This document shows positions 19,263 through 28,286 of a DNA stretch of 64,000 bases, piece by piece. Numbering within the stretch: position 1 is the first letter of the stretch; the number at the start of each line of letters is the position of its first letter. The notes under the pieces were generated by a model, which saw only the letters and a list, made by a program, of their open reading frames with translations, was not told the origin of the DNA and did not search any database. Source of the DNA: an uncultured Thermoplasmata archaeon (GTDB lineage Archaea > Thermoplasmatota > Thermoplasmata > Lutacidiplasmatales > UBA184); assembly GCA_963771555.1 (NCBI GenBank), contig CAVYTM010000003.1, positions 584,465 to 648,464 of the forward strand, in the 5' to 3' direction. Position numbers and translations under genes: made by a program.

Positions 19263-21524
19263 ATGGGGGCAGGAAAAGGGAACCGAAACCGACGGACGAC
19301 CCACTTCGCGATAGCCGCCTCTGTGTTGATGGTGCTGAGCGCGCTTGTCGTGCTGGGGGCCGGCGCAGCCTCCTCCCACGAATTGGGTACGCCACAAGAA
19401 ACCTCACGGCTAACCCCTGCGTCATCGCCCCCCGGGGCGCCGACCGGACTGAACGCGACCGCTCGCTCGACGTCGGAGATCGATCTCGTTTGGACGAACC
19501 CGATTGCAACGTTGACGGACGACTATGTTTACGAGTATAGCACGGGCTGCGGAGCGCTTCTCAACACGTACAATCTTGGGAGCGTAACCACGCAGTACTT
19601 CGCAACGAGTCTAGCTCCCGCGACGACCTACTGCTTCACGGTGGCCGCGGCGACGAGTGGCGGCACTGGGCCGGCCTCGGTCTCGTCGTGGGGCACGACC
19701 GCCCCGTTGGCACCGACCGGAATGACCGTGATGGGTGTTACCACCTCATCGGTATGGTTGAATTGGACGAATCCCGCCGGAAACATATCGTGGACCTACG
19801 TCAACCGGTTTCCTTGGACCGGCACTTCGTGTGGTCCGTTGGCATATACCTACAATCTAACGGGTGTCTACTCTTCCTACGTCGTCACGAGCCTGGCGCC
19901 ATCCACCACCTATTGTTTCATATCGGCTGCATCGGTGTCGGAGGATGCGGAAACGGTGGGGTACACCGGGGCGCTCTTTGGCGCCTATTCTTCGTACGTC
20001 GAAACAACCACGCTCAATGGGGTGCCTGCGGCCCCCACCAACGTGACCGCGACCGCGGTCTCGGAGTCCCAGATCAACGTGTCGTGGACGAACCCTACGG
20101 GGAACCTTACCAACATTTTCCTGAAGGAGTACCGCGGATTCTTCTGCTCGGGCAATGGGTCGGTCTACATCACGACCTATTCCTGGGGGTATCCACTCAC
20201 GAACTTCACAGTGACCGGCCTGTTGTCGGCCACGGCCTATGCCTTCACCGTCGCGGCGGAGACGAACGGCGGGCTGGGACCGGCGTCCTATTGCCACTCT
20301 GCCACCACATTCTCAGCCTCGCCCCCGCCCGGGCCGGCGGCGGGGACGCCCGCGATCAACGCCCTGTTCGCGGTTTACAACAACCGCACCGACCTACAGG
20401 CAGCCTTCCCGGACGCCGCCAACAGCTCCGCCAGCTTCGTCGGCCTGCTGGATTGGGCCGGAGGGGTCACCATCCGCGAGATCCCCGATAGCTCCAACGC
20501 GACACTCGCACCGTTCGGATACTTCTACGCGTTGATGCTGGTCTACAACGGACGGGCCGACCTGCAATCCATCTATCCGGGCGTGACCACGGACCTCAGG
20601 ACGCACGGCAACTCCACCGAGTATGCTCAGCTGGTGAACTGGGCCGGGGGCGTGGTCTTGGGGCAATGGACAGATAGCGCCTCCCCGCCGCTCGATGCCT
20701 TTGGCTATTACTACACCTTGTTGAAGGTCTACGACGGTCGATCCGACCTCCAAGGGGCCTTCCCGGACGCGCTGGGGAATCAGTCCACTTACGTTTCGCT
20801 CGTCAACTGGGCGGGAAGCGTCGTTACCGGGCAGTGGACCGACAGCGCCAATGCGACCCTCCAAGGGTTTGGGTACTACTACGCGCTGATGAAGGTCTAC
20901 AATGGTCGAGCCGACCTCCAGTCAGCGTTCCCGAACGCGTTCACGAACGAGGGGTCGTATCAGGCGCTGCTGACTTGGGCGAAGGATGTGGTGACCGGTG
21001 CCATCACCGACTCCGCTAGTCCCACGCTCATGCCGTTCGCTAGTAGTTACATCGCACTCGCGCCGTCCGGCAGCTCCCCGATCGGGAGCGCCTTCATCGC
21101 GGGTAACCCAATCGCGGGAACGTGCCTTGCGAACGATACTTTCGCGGCCCAAGGGTGCAAGGGCGGCGACCACATCTACACCCTCACGGTCGAGAGCTCG
21201 ACCGTGACGTTCGCGAACGTGCTCTTCGAGGTCAAGACCGCCGTGGGCGGGCCGTACGGCCACAACGGCTCGGGAGGATTCTCGGTCATCCGTATCTCCG
21301 GAACGGTGGCGGCCCAAACCCCTATCCCGGGCGGTAGCGGAATGGAGATGACCTCGACCTTTGCGACGTACGGGAGCGGAATCTGGCCCTCGACCGCGTT
21401 GACGAGTGTCTATACCATCGTCCTCGATATGGGCACTGTGAACACCGTGGGGCTAGGGCTCACGTTCGTGGTCACGGGCACAGGGGGATTCGACGGAACA
21501 ACCTCGCCGGTGACCCTTCCGTAG
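19263..21524 (+). CDS. Secreted surface protein: signal peptide, 3 FN3 domains, 4 x 56-aa repeat, unknown ~150-aa C-terminal domain
   Basis: N-terminal hydrophobic signal. FN3-like modules (PGAPTGLNATARSTSEIDLVWTNP..., PLAPTGMTVMGVTTSSVWLNWTNP..., PAAPTNVTATAVSESQINVSWTNP...). Repeat array at 20355-21062. Many NxS/T sequons. Confidence 0.85.
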   Translation: MGAGKGNRNRRTTHFAIAASVLMVLSALVVLGAGAASSHELGTPQETSRLTPASSPPGAPTGLNATARSTSEIDLVWTNPIATLTDDYVYEYSTGCGALLNTYNLGSVTTQYFATSLAPATTYCFTVAAATSGGTGPASVSSWGTTAPLAPTGMTVMGVTTSSVWLNWTNPAGNISWTYVNRFPWTGTSCGPLAYTYNLTGVYSSYVVTSLAPSTTYCFISAASVSEDAETVGYTGALFGAYSSYVETTTLNGVPAAPTNVTATAVSESQINVSWTNPTGNLTNIFLKEYRGFFCSGNGSVYITTYSWGYPLTNFTVTGLLSATAYAFTVAAETNGGLGPASYCHSATTFSASPPPGPAAGTPAINALFAVYNNRTDLQAAFPDAANSSASFVGLLDWAGGVTIREIPDSSNATLAPFGYFYALMLVYNGRADLQSIYPGVTTDLRTHGNSTEYAQLVNWAGGVVLGQWTDSASPPLDAFGYYYTLLKVYDGRSDLQGAFPDALGNQSTYVSLVNWAGSVVTGQWTDSANATLQGFGYYYALMKVYNGRADLQSAFPNAFTNEGSYQALLTWAKDVVTGAITDSASPTLMPFASSYIALAPSGSSPIGSAFIAGNPIAGTCLANDTFAAQGCKGGDHIYTLTVESSTVTFANVLFEVKTAVGGPYGHNGSGGFSVIRISGTVAAQTPIPGGSGMEMTSTFATYGSGIWPSTALTSVYTIVLDMGTVNTVGLGLTFVVTGTGGFDGTTSPVTLP
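20355..21062 (+). repeat. 4 tandem ~56-aa units (one unit has a 6-aa insertion)
   Basis: Units start AVYNNRTDLQ, ALMLVYNGRADLQ, TLLKVYDGRSDLQ and ALMKVYNGRADLQ, closed by PFASSYIALA. Confidence 0.9.
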
Positions 21525-21868
21525 CAAGATTTCCCCCGAGCCAAACCCCTTCCTCACCGGGGGTCCGAGGGGCGTGCCGGCGAAGACTTGCTTGATTCTC
21601 GCGGCGATCGTTCACCCGGACAGCCGACCCTCCGTTTTCTCGCACCGACCTAACGGAGATCGCCAAGCGGGTATCACAATGGAATGGGCGCAGGGATTGG
21701 AAGCATTCTGGGGCGAAAGGCCGCGTAAATTCGATGACGTGGCCGCGAGCCTGCGTCGGGAAATGTGCATCAGCGGATTCATACCCGTGCATCGATCGAT
21801 TGGCTCGAGACCGGGCTCGGTCGCCGCACGCCCGCCGGCGGCTACCGGTCGACGGGAGCGAGCAACGC

Positions 21869-22207
21869 TTACAGATTCGTTCGAGTGATCCGGGCCAGGA
21901 CGGCGTCGAGTCGGTCATCGCTCGCCAGGATCTCCCAGGGGTCGATCCCCGCTGTGAGAAGGATTCCTGCCTGTATCCATGGATCCTCCTCGAAGCGGGC
22001 GCGTATCGCTGCTTCGCTGACGGCGTTAATGATGAGGAGCGCGCGGTGAACCGAGCCATCGCCGACCGGGCCGGCCATCACTACGAACCCTTCGCGGACG
22101 AGCGCGTTGACGTACGCCGCGTGCTCGTTCCACCTCTCCTGATCGCGCATCGGGCGCGATGGGACCCAGGCCGGACCCTGCTCGTTGAGCACCACGAAGT
22201 ATGGCAT
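21869..22207 (-). CDS. YciI-family protein
   Basis: MPYFVVLNEQGPAW...WNEHAAYVNALVREGFVVMAGPVGDG...EDPW matches the YciI-like domain. Start taken at the internal ATG 22207 rather than the tracked 22354, which would collide with the divergent osmC-like gene. Confidence 0.75.
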   Translation of the reverse strand: MPYFVVLNEQGPAWVPSRPMRDQERWNEHAAYVNALVREGFVVMAGPVGDGSVHRALLIINAVSEAAIRARFEEDPWIQAGILLTAGIDPWEILASDDRLDAVLARITRTNL

Positions 22208-22344
22208 TCTCCTCCGGTTGGCATCGTCCTCGGGCGACTTGGTTCCCTCACGAAGGAGAGAAAGATAGGCCTTGCCCCGGTCGGGTCGAGCCGGATTGAC
22301 GCCGGCGCCATAGACTCGACCCCTATAGATTCTCAAGAGCTGAG

Positions 22345-22806
22345 ATGGAAGCACGGGGTGTGTGGAAGGCCGGGTTCGAGACCCGACTCGATGATGGTCG
22401 GGGCCACGAAGTGACCATCGACCTACCGTCCGATGAGGGCGGAACCAATGTCGGCACGTCCGGGCTCGAGCTCGCGGTGCTGTCGCTCGCGGGATGCATC
22501 AACACCATCTTCGCTCGTGTCGCCGCCAAACGTAAGCTCCGGTTTGACGCTCTGACGGTCTCGTTGGCCGCGGACCGTCCCGCGGGTGCACCGACCATCC
22601 AGAAAGTCCGGGGAACGCTCACCGTTCAGACCTCCGCGTCGAACGAAGAAGTACAGACCGTCGTGCGACTGACCTTGAAGACCTGCCCCGTGGGCGTGTT
22701 GTTCGAACGGGCGAACATCCCCGTCGAAGTGACCCTACAGATCACCCCGCCGTCGGCCGCGAAACTGCACCCAGCCCCAGAGCATTTGGCACCTGAACCC
22801 ACGTAG
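22345..22806 (+). CDS. OsmC/Ohr-family peroxiredoxin-like protein
   Basis: 153 aa with two conserved Cys contexts (LAGCINT and LKTCPV), typical of OsmC. Confidence 0.8.
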   Translation: MEARGVWKAGFETRLDDGRGHEVTIDLPSDEGGTNVGTSGLELAVLSLAGCINTIFARVAAKRKLRFDALTVSLAADRPAGAPTIQKVRGTLTVQTSASNEEVQTVVRLTLKTCPVGVLFERANIPVEVTLQITPPSAAKLHPAPEHLAPEPT

Positions 22807-22934
22807 CCCTATCGGCCGCCGCAAGAATCAGGGTGCATCCGACCCGGGATCACTCCCTGTCTTGTTATCGGTGAAACGCGAACGCGCCTCTGCCACGCGA
22901 GCGGCCAGTTATCTCAGGCGGGGTCCTGATATGC

Positions 22935-23579
22935 TTGATGAAAGTCGAGATCTGGTCCGACGTCATCTGTCCCTGGTGTTACATCGGCCGGAGACGGTTC
23001 GAGAAGGCTCTCACCCGATTCGAACGACCGAAGTCGGTCGAGGTCGTCTTCCGAAGCTACGAACTCGACCCGACAGCGCCCATCCAATCCGAGAAGACCC
23101 TCGACGAGACGGTAGCGACAAAATATGGTATTTCGATCGCCGAGGCTCGGGCCGCCAACGAACGCGTCACCCGTATCGCGGCTCTGGAAGGACTTGAGTT
23201 CCGACTCGACCTGGCCCACCCCACAAACACCCTCGCCGCCCATCGGCTACTCCAGCTGGCCACCATCCGTCGGATTCGGTCGGCGGTCGAGGAGCGATTT
23301 CAGAAGGCGTACTTCACGGAAGGCGCGTCACTCGCGGACGGCGCCACGCTTCTCCGTCTCTCGGCCGACGCGGGATTGAAGGAGGGCGACATTCGACGGG
23401 TACTCGCCGGACAGGCTTTCACCCTGCAGGTCCGCACCGACGAAAAGGATGCCTTCGCCCTGGGGGCTTATGGGGTTCCCTTCTTTCTCTTCGACCGGAC
23501 GCGCACCGTTTCCGGTGCGCAGCCCACGGATCTATTCCTTCATGCTCTCAATTCGACCCCGGCCGATGAGTCTCGATAG
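22935..23579 (+). CDS. DsbA/FrnE-family thiol:disulfide oxidoreductase
   Basis: KVEIWSDVICPWCYIGRRRFEKAL contains a CPWC active site in the DsbA-FrnE context. No signal peptide. Confidence 0.8.
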   Translation: MMKVEIWSDVICPWCYIGRRRFEKALTRFERPKSVEVVFRSYELDPTAPIQSEKTLDETVATKYGISIAEARAANERVTRIAALEGLEFRLDLAHPTNTLAAHRLLQLATIRRIRSAVEERFQKAYFTEGASLADGATLLRLSADAGLKEGDIRRVLAGQAFTLQVRTDEKDAFALGAYGVPFFLFDRTRTVSGAQPTDLFLHALNSTPADESR

Positions 23580-23673
23580 GACTTCGGTCGCGAGTTGAGA
23601 ACCCTGCCCTCGTGGGAAGGTGCGAGCGGCATTGCCCCCATACGACGGGAGGGGGGGACGAGGTGCCTTACTT

Positions 23674-24738
23674 TCACGCGACGTGCGCGGTCTCCGGGAT
23701 GCGTGCGACGATTCGGCTCGGGTGCTTCCACCAGTAGTACAGACCGATCGTCACCACCGCCCCCCGGAGGTAAATCGATAGACCCATCAGCCAGGAATCG
23801 ATTGGAATAGAGAATGCTCCGGCCTGGAAGACCGTGACGAGACGGTCTCCGTAGAACCCGAGCTGGCCCGCGACCCACGCGACCAAATCTTGATGGAAGC
23901 CGAACAGAAGGTTCCCTACAAAGTAGTAGCCCACGTCGTTAGCGAGGGAGACCAGCAGACCCAGGCTCAGGGCGAGAGGCCACTCCGCATACCCCTCGTA
24001 GACGAGAATGACCAGGAAGGGAGCAAAGTAGGTCAGCACGAGCCAGAGCCCGTACGCCGGGGCGGCCTTTCCAAACAGGTCGATCCAATTGATTAACACG
24101 AGGCCGTAGAAGAGCGAGAAGAGCACCAACTTGAGGAGGACTACTTGGCGGGGATCCGTGGGGTGCAGCCCCGAGACCACGCTCTGGACCCCGCTCAGGA
24201 GTAGCGAGACCGCGATCAGGATCGCGAAGCTCGCGAGTCCGACCGCCGGGTCCAAGACGGCCAGGCTCACGAGCAGCAACGCGAGCACTCCCGTCCCGGC
24301 CGAGGCAGACCGGAGCCAAACCGGCGCCTCTCGACCCACCGCGCGGAGCATTCTGTCGATGGAGAGAATCACCACGCCGAACGCGAGCAAGTAGAGCAGA
24401 GTTGCCTGGCCGAACTCGGAGCTTACCAAGACCGCGATGACCAGCCCTACCCCGATGAGTCCGATTCCCACGGGGCCGAATCTCCGGACCCAATGGACCG
24501 TCGACCGGATGTCCTGCTGGACTCGGCTCCACCATTCCGAGCGCATCCCCTCCGCCACTAGCAGTCGGATCACGTCGAACGCGAGCGCGGAAGCCAGAAG
24601 CAGGGTCAGCGTCCGAATCGAGAGGAGCGGATTCGCAAGAACGATGATCGAGATTACTACGGAGGCTAATCCCGAGATCACCGAGGTTAGTCGGATCGCA
24701 TTATCGAACCGGGTCCTACGGGATGGCGGTGTGGCCAC
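23674..24738 (-). CDS. Integral membrane protein, function unknown
   Basis: 354 aa with about 10 hydrophobic helices. The N-terminal half weakly resembles HdeD/DUF308-type repeats (not verified). Confidence 0.55.
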   Translation of the reverse strand: MATPPSRRTRFDNAIRLTSVISGLASVVISIIVLANPLLSIRTLTLLLASALAFDVIRLLVAEGMRSEWWSRVQQDIRSTVHWVRRFGPVGIGLIGVGLVIAVLVSSEFGQATLLYLLAFGVVILSIDRMLRAVGREAPVWLRSASAGTGVLALLLVSLAVLDPAVGLASFAILIAVSLLLSGVQSVVSGLHPTDPRQVVLLKLVLFSLFYGLVLINWIDLFGKAAPAYGLWLVLTYFAPFLVILVYEGYAEWPLALSLGLLVSLANDVGYYFVGNLLFGFHQDLVAWVAGQLGFYGDRLVTVFQAGAFSIPIDSWLMGLSIYLRGAVVTIGLYYWWKHPSRIVARIPETAHVA

Positions 24739-24861
24739 GCCGAATCATCCGAGGACCGGGCATATCCTCTCGTCGCTCCAGTGGACCGTAGGGCTACCAA
24801 GGTCACGGCTTCGCGCTAGACAACGACCTCCTATCAGGGTCGGCTCCTTCCGAGGGCGAAC

Positions 24862-25302
24862 ATGCCCGTATCTGCACCGCCGCCGGATCTCCCCGAGCGG
24901 CCGTTTCGTTTCAGCCTCGAACGCACGATGAAGGCGAGTTGCTCGGCGATCTATCGGGCTTGGACCGAACAGTTCGAGCTTTGGTTTGCTGCGCCGGGCA
25001 CGGCCCGAATGTCCGGAAGGGTTGATTCACCCTTCTTCTTCGAGACTCAGTTCGAGGGCACGCGGCATCCTCACTACGGCCGTTTCCTTCGGCCCGAGCC
25101 CGAGAAGCTCGTGGTCCTGACCTGGGTAACCGCCGCGACGGGCGGAGTGGAAACGACCGTGACTGTCGAGCTGGAACCGCAGAAGAAGTGCATTCGGCTT
25201 CGCCTAACGCACTCCGGGTTCGCTGATGAGACCTCGATGCGTCGACATTCAGAAGCCTGGCGCCAGGTGCTCGCCCACCTCGATCAAGCCCTCGCTCGGT
25301 AG
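24862..25302 (+). CDS. SRPBCC/AHSA1-family protein
   Basis: [12 protein letters not shown]...VVLTWVT...TVELEP...LRLTHSGF pattern typical of Aha1-like SRPBCC domains. Confidence 0.7.
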   Translation: MPVSAPPPDLPERPFRFSLERTMKASCSAIYRAWTEQFELWFAAPGTARMSGRVDSPFFFETQFEGTRHPHYGRFLRPEPEKLVVLTWVTAATGGVETTVTVELEPQKKCIRLRLTHSGFADETSMRRHSEAWRQVLAHLDQALAR

Positions 25303-25374
25303 CTCGCGCTCCCCCGGCAACCCCCGTGAGGGGGACGCGCGGGAACGAGCGGCAGACCCGCATCAGTCGCTTTG

Positions 25375-26451
25375 TCAAACAGCGATTCGGCCTGCGGCGG
25401 ACAAAACCCACAGCGCATCGGCGGTGATCCAATCGTTCCTCCGCCGCGAGCCAGCGCCTCCCCAATCGACGTCCTCCGAATTCGCCCGGAACGAGCGGCT
25501 CGGGCCTCTGTAGTATCGACTTTCCGCGGGCCAACCTCCGCCGGGGAGACTCTTCTGCTCAAGGAGGTCGAGAGCATCCCAACATCGGCGATCTCTGATC
25601 TTTCCGAGCTGCACCATCGCCTTGAGTCCCCCGAGGAAGTCGTAGTGGTAGTAGAGTGGGTAGTGAAGCTTCAGAAAGATCGGATCGATCACGCGTCCGT
25701 CGCGAACGCGCTTGTAAAGCCGCCGGCGAAGAAAGACCTCGGCCGCTTCGGTCGCCGCCGCGCTTGCGCGAGAGGAATTTCGCGTCCGAGCGTAGGCGGC
25801 AAGTCCGAGCATCGGCAAGATCGTCTCCATGAACGACGAAGTGTCCGCCTCGGGATGACGATCACAGTTCCATCCGCCATCGCCCCACTGCCAATGCAGT
25901 AGCCGCTCGGCCAGGGAGTCGACGCGTTCGTCCGCGATTCCGAGCTTCGTCAGGTAGTACAGGGCGTTACCTTGCTGGGAAGCGTGGCACCGATATCGCC
26001 CTCGGATCCGCGGGACGCCTACTCGGCGGGTCTCCGCCATCGTGCGCGCCAGATACTCCTGGAAGTAACTCGGCCGGAGCCAGAGCTCCAGAATGCGGTC
26101 TCGCAGCGGAAACAGGCCCTCGTCGCCCATGGGGTACCCGACATCGGCGAGGCTGGCGAGGACCCAGTGGATACCTTGCCATTTGTAGTAGACCTTCCGA
26201 GCCGTCCCCGGTCGACCCAGCTCAGTCCTTCGGGAAAGCAACGCTCGAACCCGCGTCGATCTTCGGATCTCTTCTTCGAGACCACGAATTGCCTTCGAAT
26301 CGCGTTCCTCACCGCCGATCCCAACTCGAACCTTCCATCGAAGGGAAGGGTCATCGGACCGCATCAGAGTCTGGAGTGTCTCGTTAACGGTGCTGCGCTT
26401 GAGGGCTTCCCGAGAGCGGTCGCCTGACGGAACAAAATCTCTCATTGTCAA
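25375..26451 (-). CDS. Alpha/alpha-toroid (prenyltransferase / squalene-cyclase repeat-like) protein
   Basis: 358 aa with QW-type motifs (LLHWQWGDGGWN, LPGGGWPAESRYY) characteristic of terpenoid cyclase/prenyltransferase repeats. Specific function unknown. Confidence 0.5.
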   Translation of the reverse strand: MTMRDFVPSGDRSREALKRSTVNETLQTLMRSDDPSLRWKVRVGIGGEERDSKAIRGLEEEIRRSTRVRALLSRRTELGRPGTARKVYYKWQGIHWVLASLADVGYPMGDEGLFPLRDRILELWLRPSYFQEYLARTMAETRRVGVPRIRGRYRCHASQQGNALYYLTKLGIADERVDSLAERLLHWQWGDGGWNCDRHPEADTSSFMETILPMLGLAAYARTRNSSRASAAATEAAEVFLRRRLYKRVRDGRVIDPIFLKLHYPLYYHYDFLGGLKAMVQLGKIRDRRCWDALDLLEQKSLPGGGWPAESRYYRGPSRSFRANSEDVDWGGAGSRRRNDWITADALWVLSAAGRIAV

Positions 26452-26516
26452 ACGGCCCCGGCTTAGAGTCCCTGGTAATGAAAAGTGATTCGAGCGAGTG
26501 AGACCTGCACGAGCGC

Positions 26517-27014
26517 CTAATCGAAGGTGACATTGCCGGTGAAGGAATACTCGCCGGCGGTCTTCGGAAGCTGCAAATCTACCGAAATGAGGAGGCCGGA
26601 TGACGTCACGAGGGCCGGAAGGTTAGGGTTGGTCGAAATGAGGTGGAAGGGGGAAGGAGCGGATAGGTTGACGTTCTTACCGGCGAAATATCCCGAGATG
26701 AATACCGAACTCGTGTAGTCCAAACCGGGCTGCGCACGGTACGGGCAGTTGCCGAACCCCTCACCCCCGAAACCGCAGATCGGGAGGTATCCCGAGACTC
26801 CCGGCGCATAGGTGAATGCCCATGCCATGGTATCGATGGTGATAGTGGTTTGGTCGGTGATGTAATTCGCGGCAGCAAAGACGCCCTGAGGAACGATTAC
26901 ACCTACCGCGACCGCAATCGTGACCAGCACCCAGATCGGAGTATCGCGGAGACGACGCTTCCTTCGCGGCCCCACAAGAGTCGTGTTACTCGTGGGAGCA
27001 ATCTCCCCTGACAT
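26517..27014 (-). CDS. Small N-terminally anchored extracytoplasmic protein, unknown function
   Basis: 165 aa. A basic stretch (RRKRRLR) then a single helix (IWVLVTIAVAVGVIV) is followed by a ~120-aa beta-rich domain with a Cys pair and NxS/T sites. Confidence 0.6.
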   Translation of the reverse strand: MSGEIAPTSNTTLVGPRRKRRLRDTPIWVLVTIAVAVGVIVPQGVFAAANYITDQTTITIDTMAWAFTYAPGVSGYLPICGFGGEGFGNCPYRAQPGLDYTSSVFISGYFAGKNVNLSAPSPFHLISTNPNLPALVTSSGLLISVDLQLPKTAGEYSFTGNVTFD

Positions 27015-27135
27015 GGTCCCATCAGCTCACTGCGACTCATCCCTTCTTCCTTTGGAGGGGTTTCCCCACGAGGTCCCCTGAACTCGAGGTCGAGGGCCAA
27101 CAATGCATGACCCGTCACGGTGGCGTAGAGACCAC

Positions 27136-27161
27136 GTAGGTGCAAGGGACATTGCACCTAC
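27136..27161. promoter_or_regulatory. Perfect 26-bp palindrome (10-bp arms, 6-bp spacer), candidate operator
   Basis: GTAGGTGCAA-GGGACA-TTGCACCTAC lies in the divergent intergenic region between 26517-27014 (-) and the GT2 gene at 27249 (+). A 22/26-identical copy sits at 42941-42966. Confidence 0.65.
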
Positions 27162-27248
27162 GGTGGCTCGTCGCTCGCCCGCTCCTATAGCTATGATTAA
27201 GGCGGCGGCCCACCTCCCCGACCTCGTCAATCCAGGGGGTCAGTTGAG

Positions 27249-28205
27249 GTGTCCACAGGGAGGGAGAACCGCGCCGGAAAGGTGGCCGTCTGCATGGTGG
27301 TTTACAATCACCTCCCGGACTTCACCGCCCTCGAGACCGCTTTGCGACATGCGGACAAGGTCGTCCTGATCGACAACGGGTCGTCCTCGGAGATCCGGGC
27401 GGAGCTCGACCGATTCGTCTCGCGTTTCCCCGACCGCATCCTTCTCTTGGAGAACGGGTCCAATCTCGGGCTCTCGAAGGCCTACAATCGAGCCTTAGCG
27501 GAGCTCAAGAAGCACGAAGTCCACTGGCTCTACTTCCTGGACCACGACGCGTCGTTCGGAGACCGGCTCTTCGAACAGACCCGAGCCGCGTGGACGGAGC
27601 TCGAAAGCCGAGGCTACCGCGTCGGGGTCGTCGTTCCCATCGCCACCGACGATCCTCGGCTGATGAACAGCACCCTGGGTCTTCGCCGGAAGTATGGTGA
27701 TGTGCGGACCACGATGACCTCGGGGATTCTTACCAATATGACGGTCTTCGAAGCCGTCGGTGGCTTCGACGAGCGCCTGTTCGTGGAGGCGGCCGACCTG
27801 GATTTCACGAGTCGAGTCGCGCAAGCCGATTACAAGGTATGCATCGTCAATCGCGTTCTGATCGTTCAGCAGTTCGGACTCTCACCGGCTCCGATCCGAA
27901 TGCCGGTCCGTCTCGGGGATCGCCTGATTCGCCTTCGCAGTCTCGTCCGGGTCGGGATCGGAAACTCGAACGAGTATCGGACGAAGCTCTTCTACTACCC
28001 GGATCACCGACACGCGGGTCATCTCCGTACCCTGCGCTGGATCATCCACCAGGGTTATCCTTGGAAGAACCTGGTCCGGCTGTCGTACTATCTGACCATC
28101 CTAGAGCACCTCTACGTGGCGAAGTTCGCCCTCCCTAACGGTACGGCCGGAGCGCCCGACCCGCTGTCGGAGAAGGCACCCACCCCCTCGGGGTTTGGAT
28201 CCTAA
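27249..28205 (+). CDS. Family 2 glycosyltransferase (rhamnosyltransferase-like)
   Basis: VAVCMVVYNH..., VVLIDNGSS, ENGSNLGLSKAYNRAL, FLDHDA (DxD). Confidence 0.8.
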   Translation: MSTGRENRAGKVAVCMVVYNHLPDFTALETALRHADKVVLIDNGSSSEIRAELDRFVSRFPDRILLLENGSNLGLSKAYNRALAELKKHEVHWLYFLDHDASFGDRLFEQTRAAWTELESRGYRVGVVVPIATDDPRLMNSTLGLRRKYGDVRTTMTSGILTNMTVFEAVGGFDERLFVEAADLDFTSRVAQADYKVCIVNRVLIVQQFGLSPAPIRMPVRLGDRLIRLRSLVRVGIGNSNEYRTKLFYYPDHRHAGHLRTLRWIIHQGYPWKNLVRLSYYLTILEHLYVAKFALPNGTAGAPDPLSEKAPTPSGFGS

Positions 28206-28206
28206 G

Positions 28207-28232
28207 CCTGGGACAGGGCGCCTTCTCCCAGG
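28207..28232. terminator. Hairpin between convergent genes
   Basis: CCTGGGA-N12-TCCCAGG sits directly after the GT2 stop and before the convergent GT-C gene end. No T-tract. Confidence 0.25.
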
Positions 28233-28286
28233 AACCACGCCGACCCTCTCCGCACGAACCGAGCGGGGGAAAACCCTGGGCCAGGA

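Noticed and set aside
21525-21868. 340-bp gap after the first surface-protein gene, with tracked ORFs 21574-21888 and 21472-22059
   Set aside because: There is no motif, only mediocre third-position GC, and no convincing secondary structure by eye. It is left as intergenic.
26903-27157. Two ORFs both starting MQCPLHLR (26903-27157 and the 42819-42962 extension of the large ORF)
   Set aside because: The shared peptide is a by-product of translating the conserved 26-bp palindrome. The ORFs overlap real genes or promoters in other frames, and their sequences diverge immediately after the motif.
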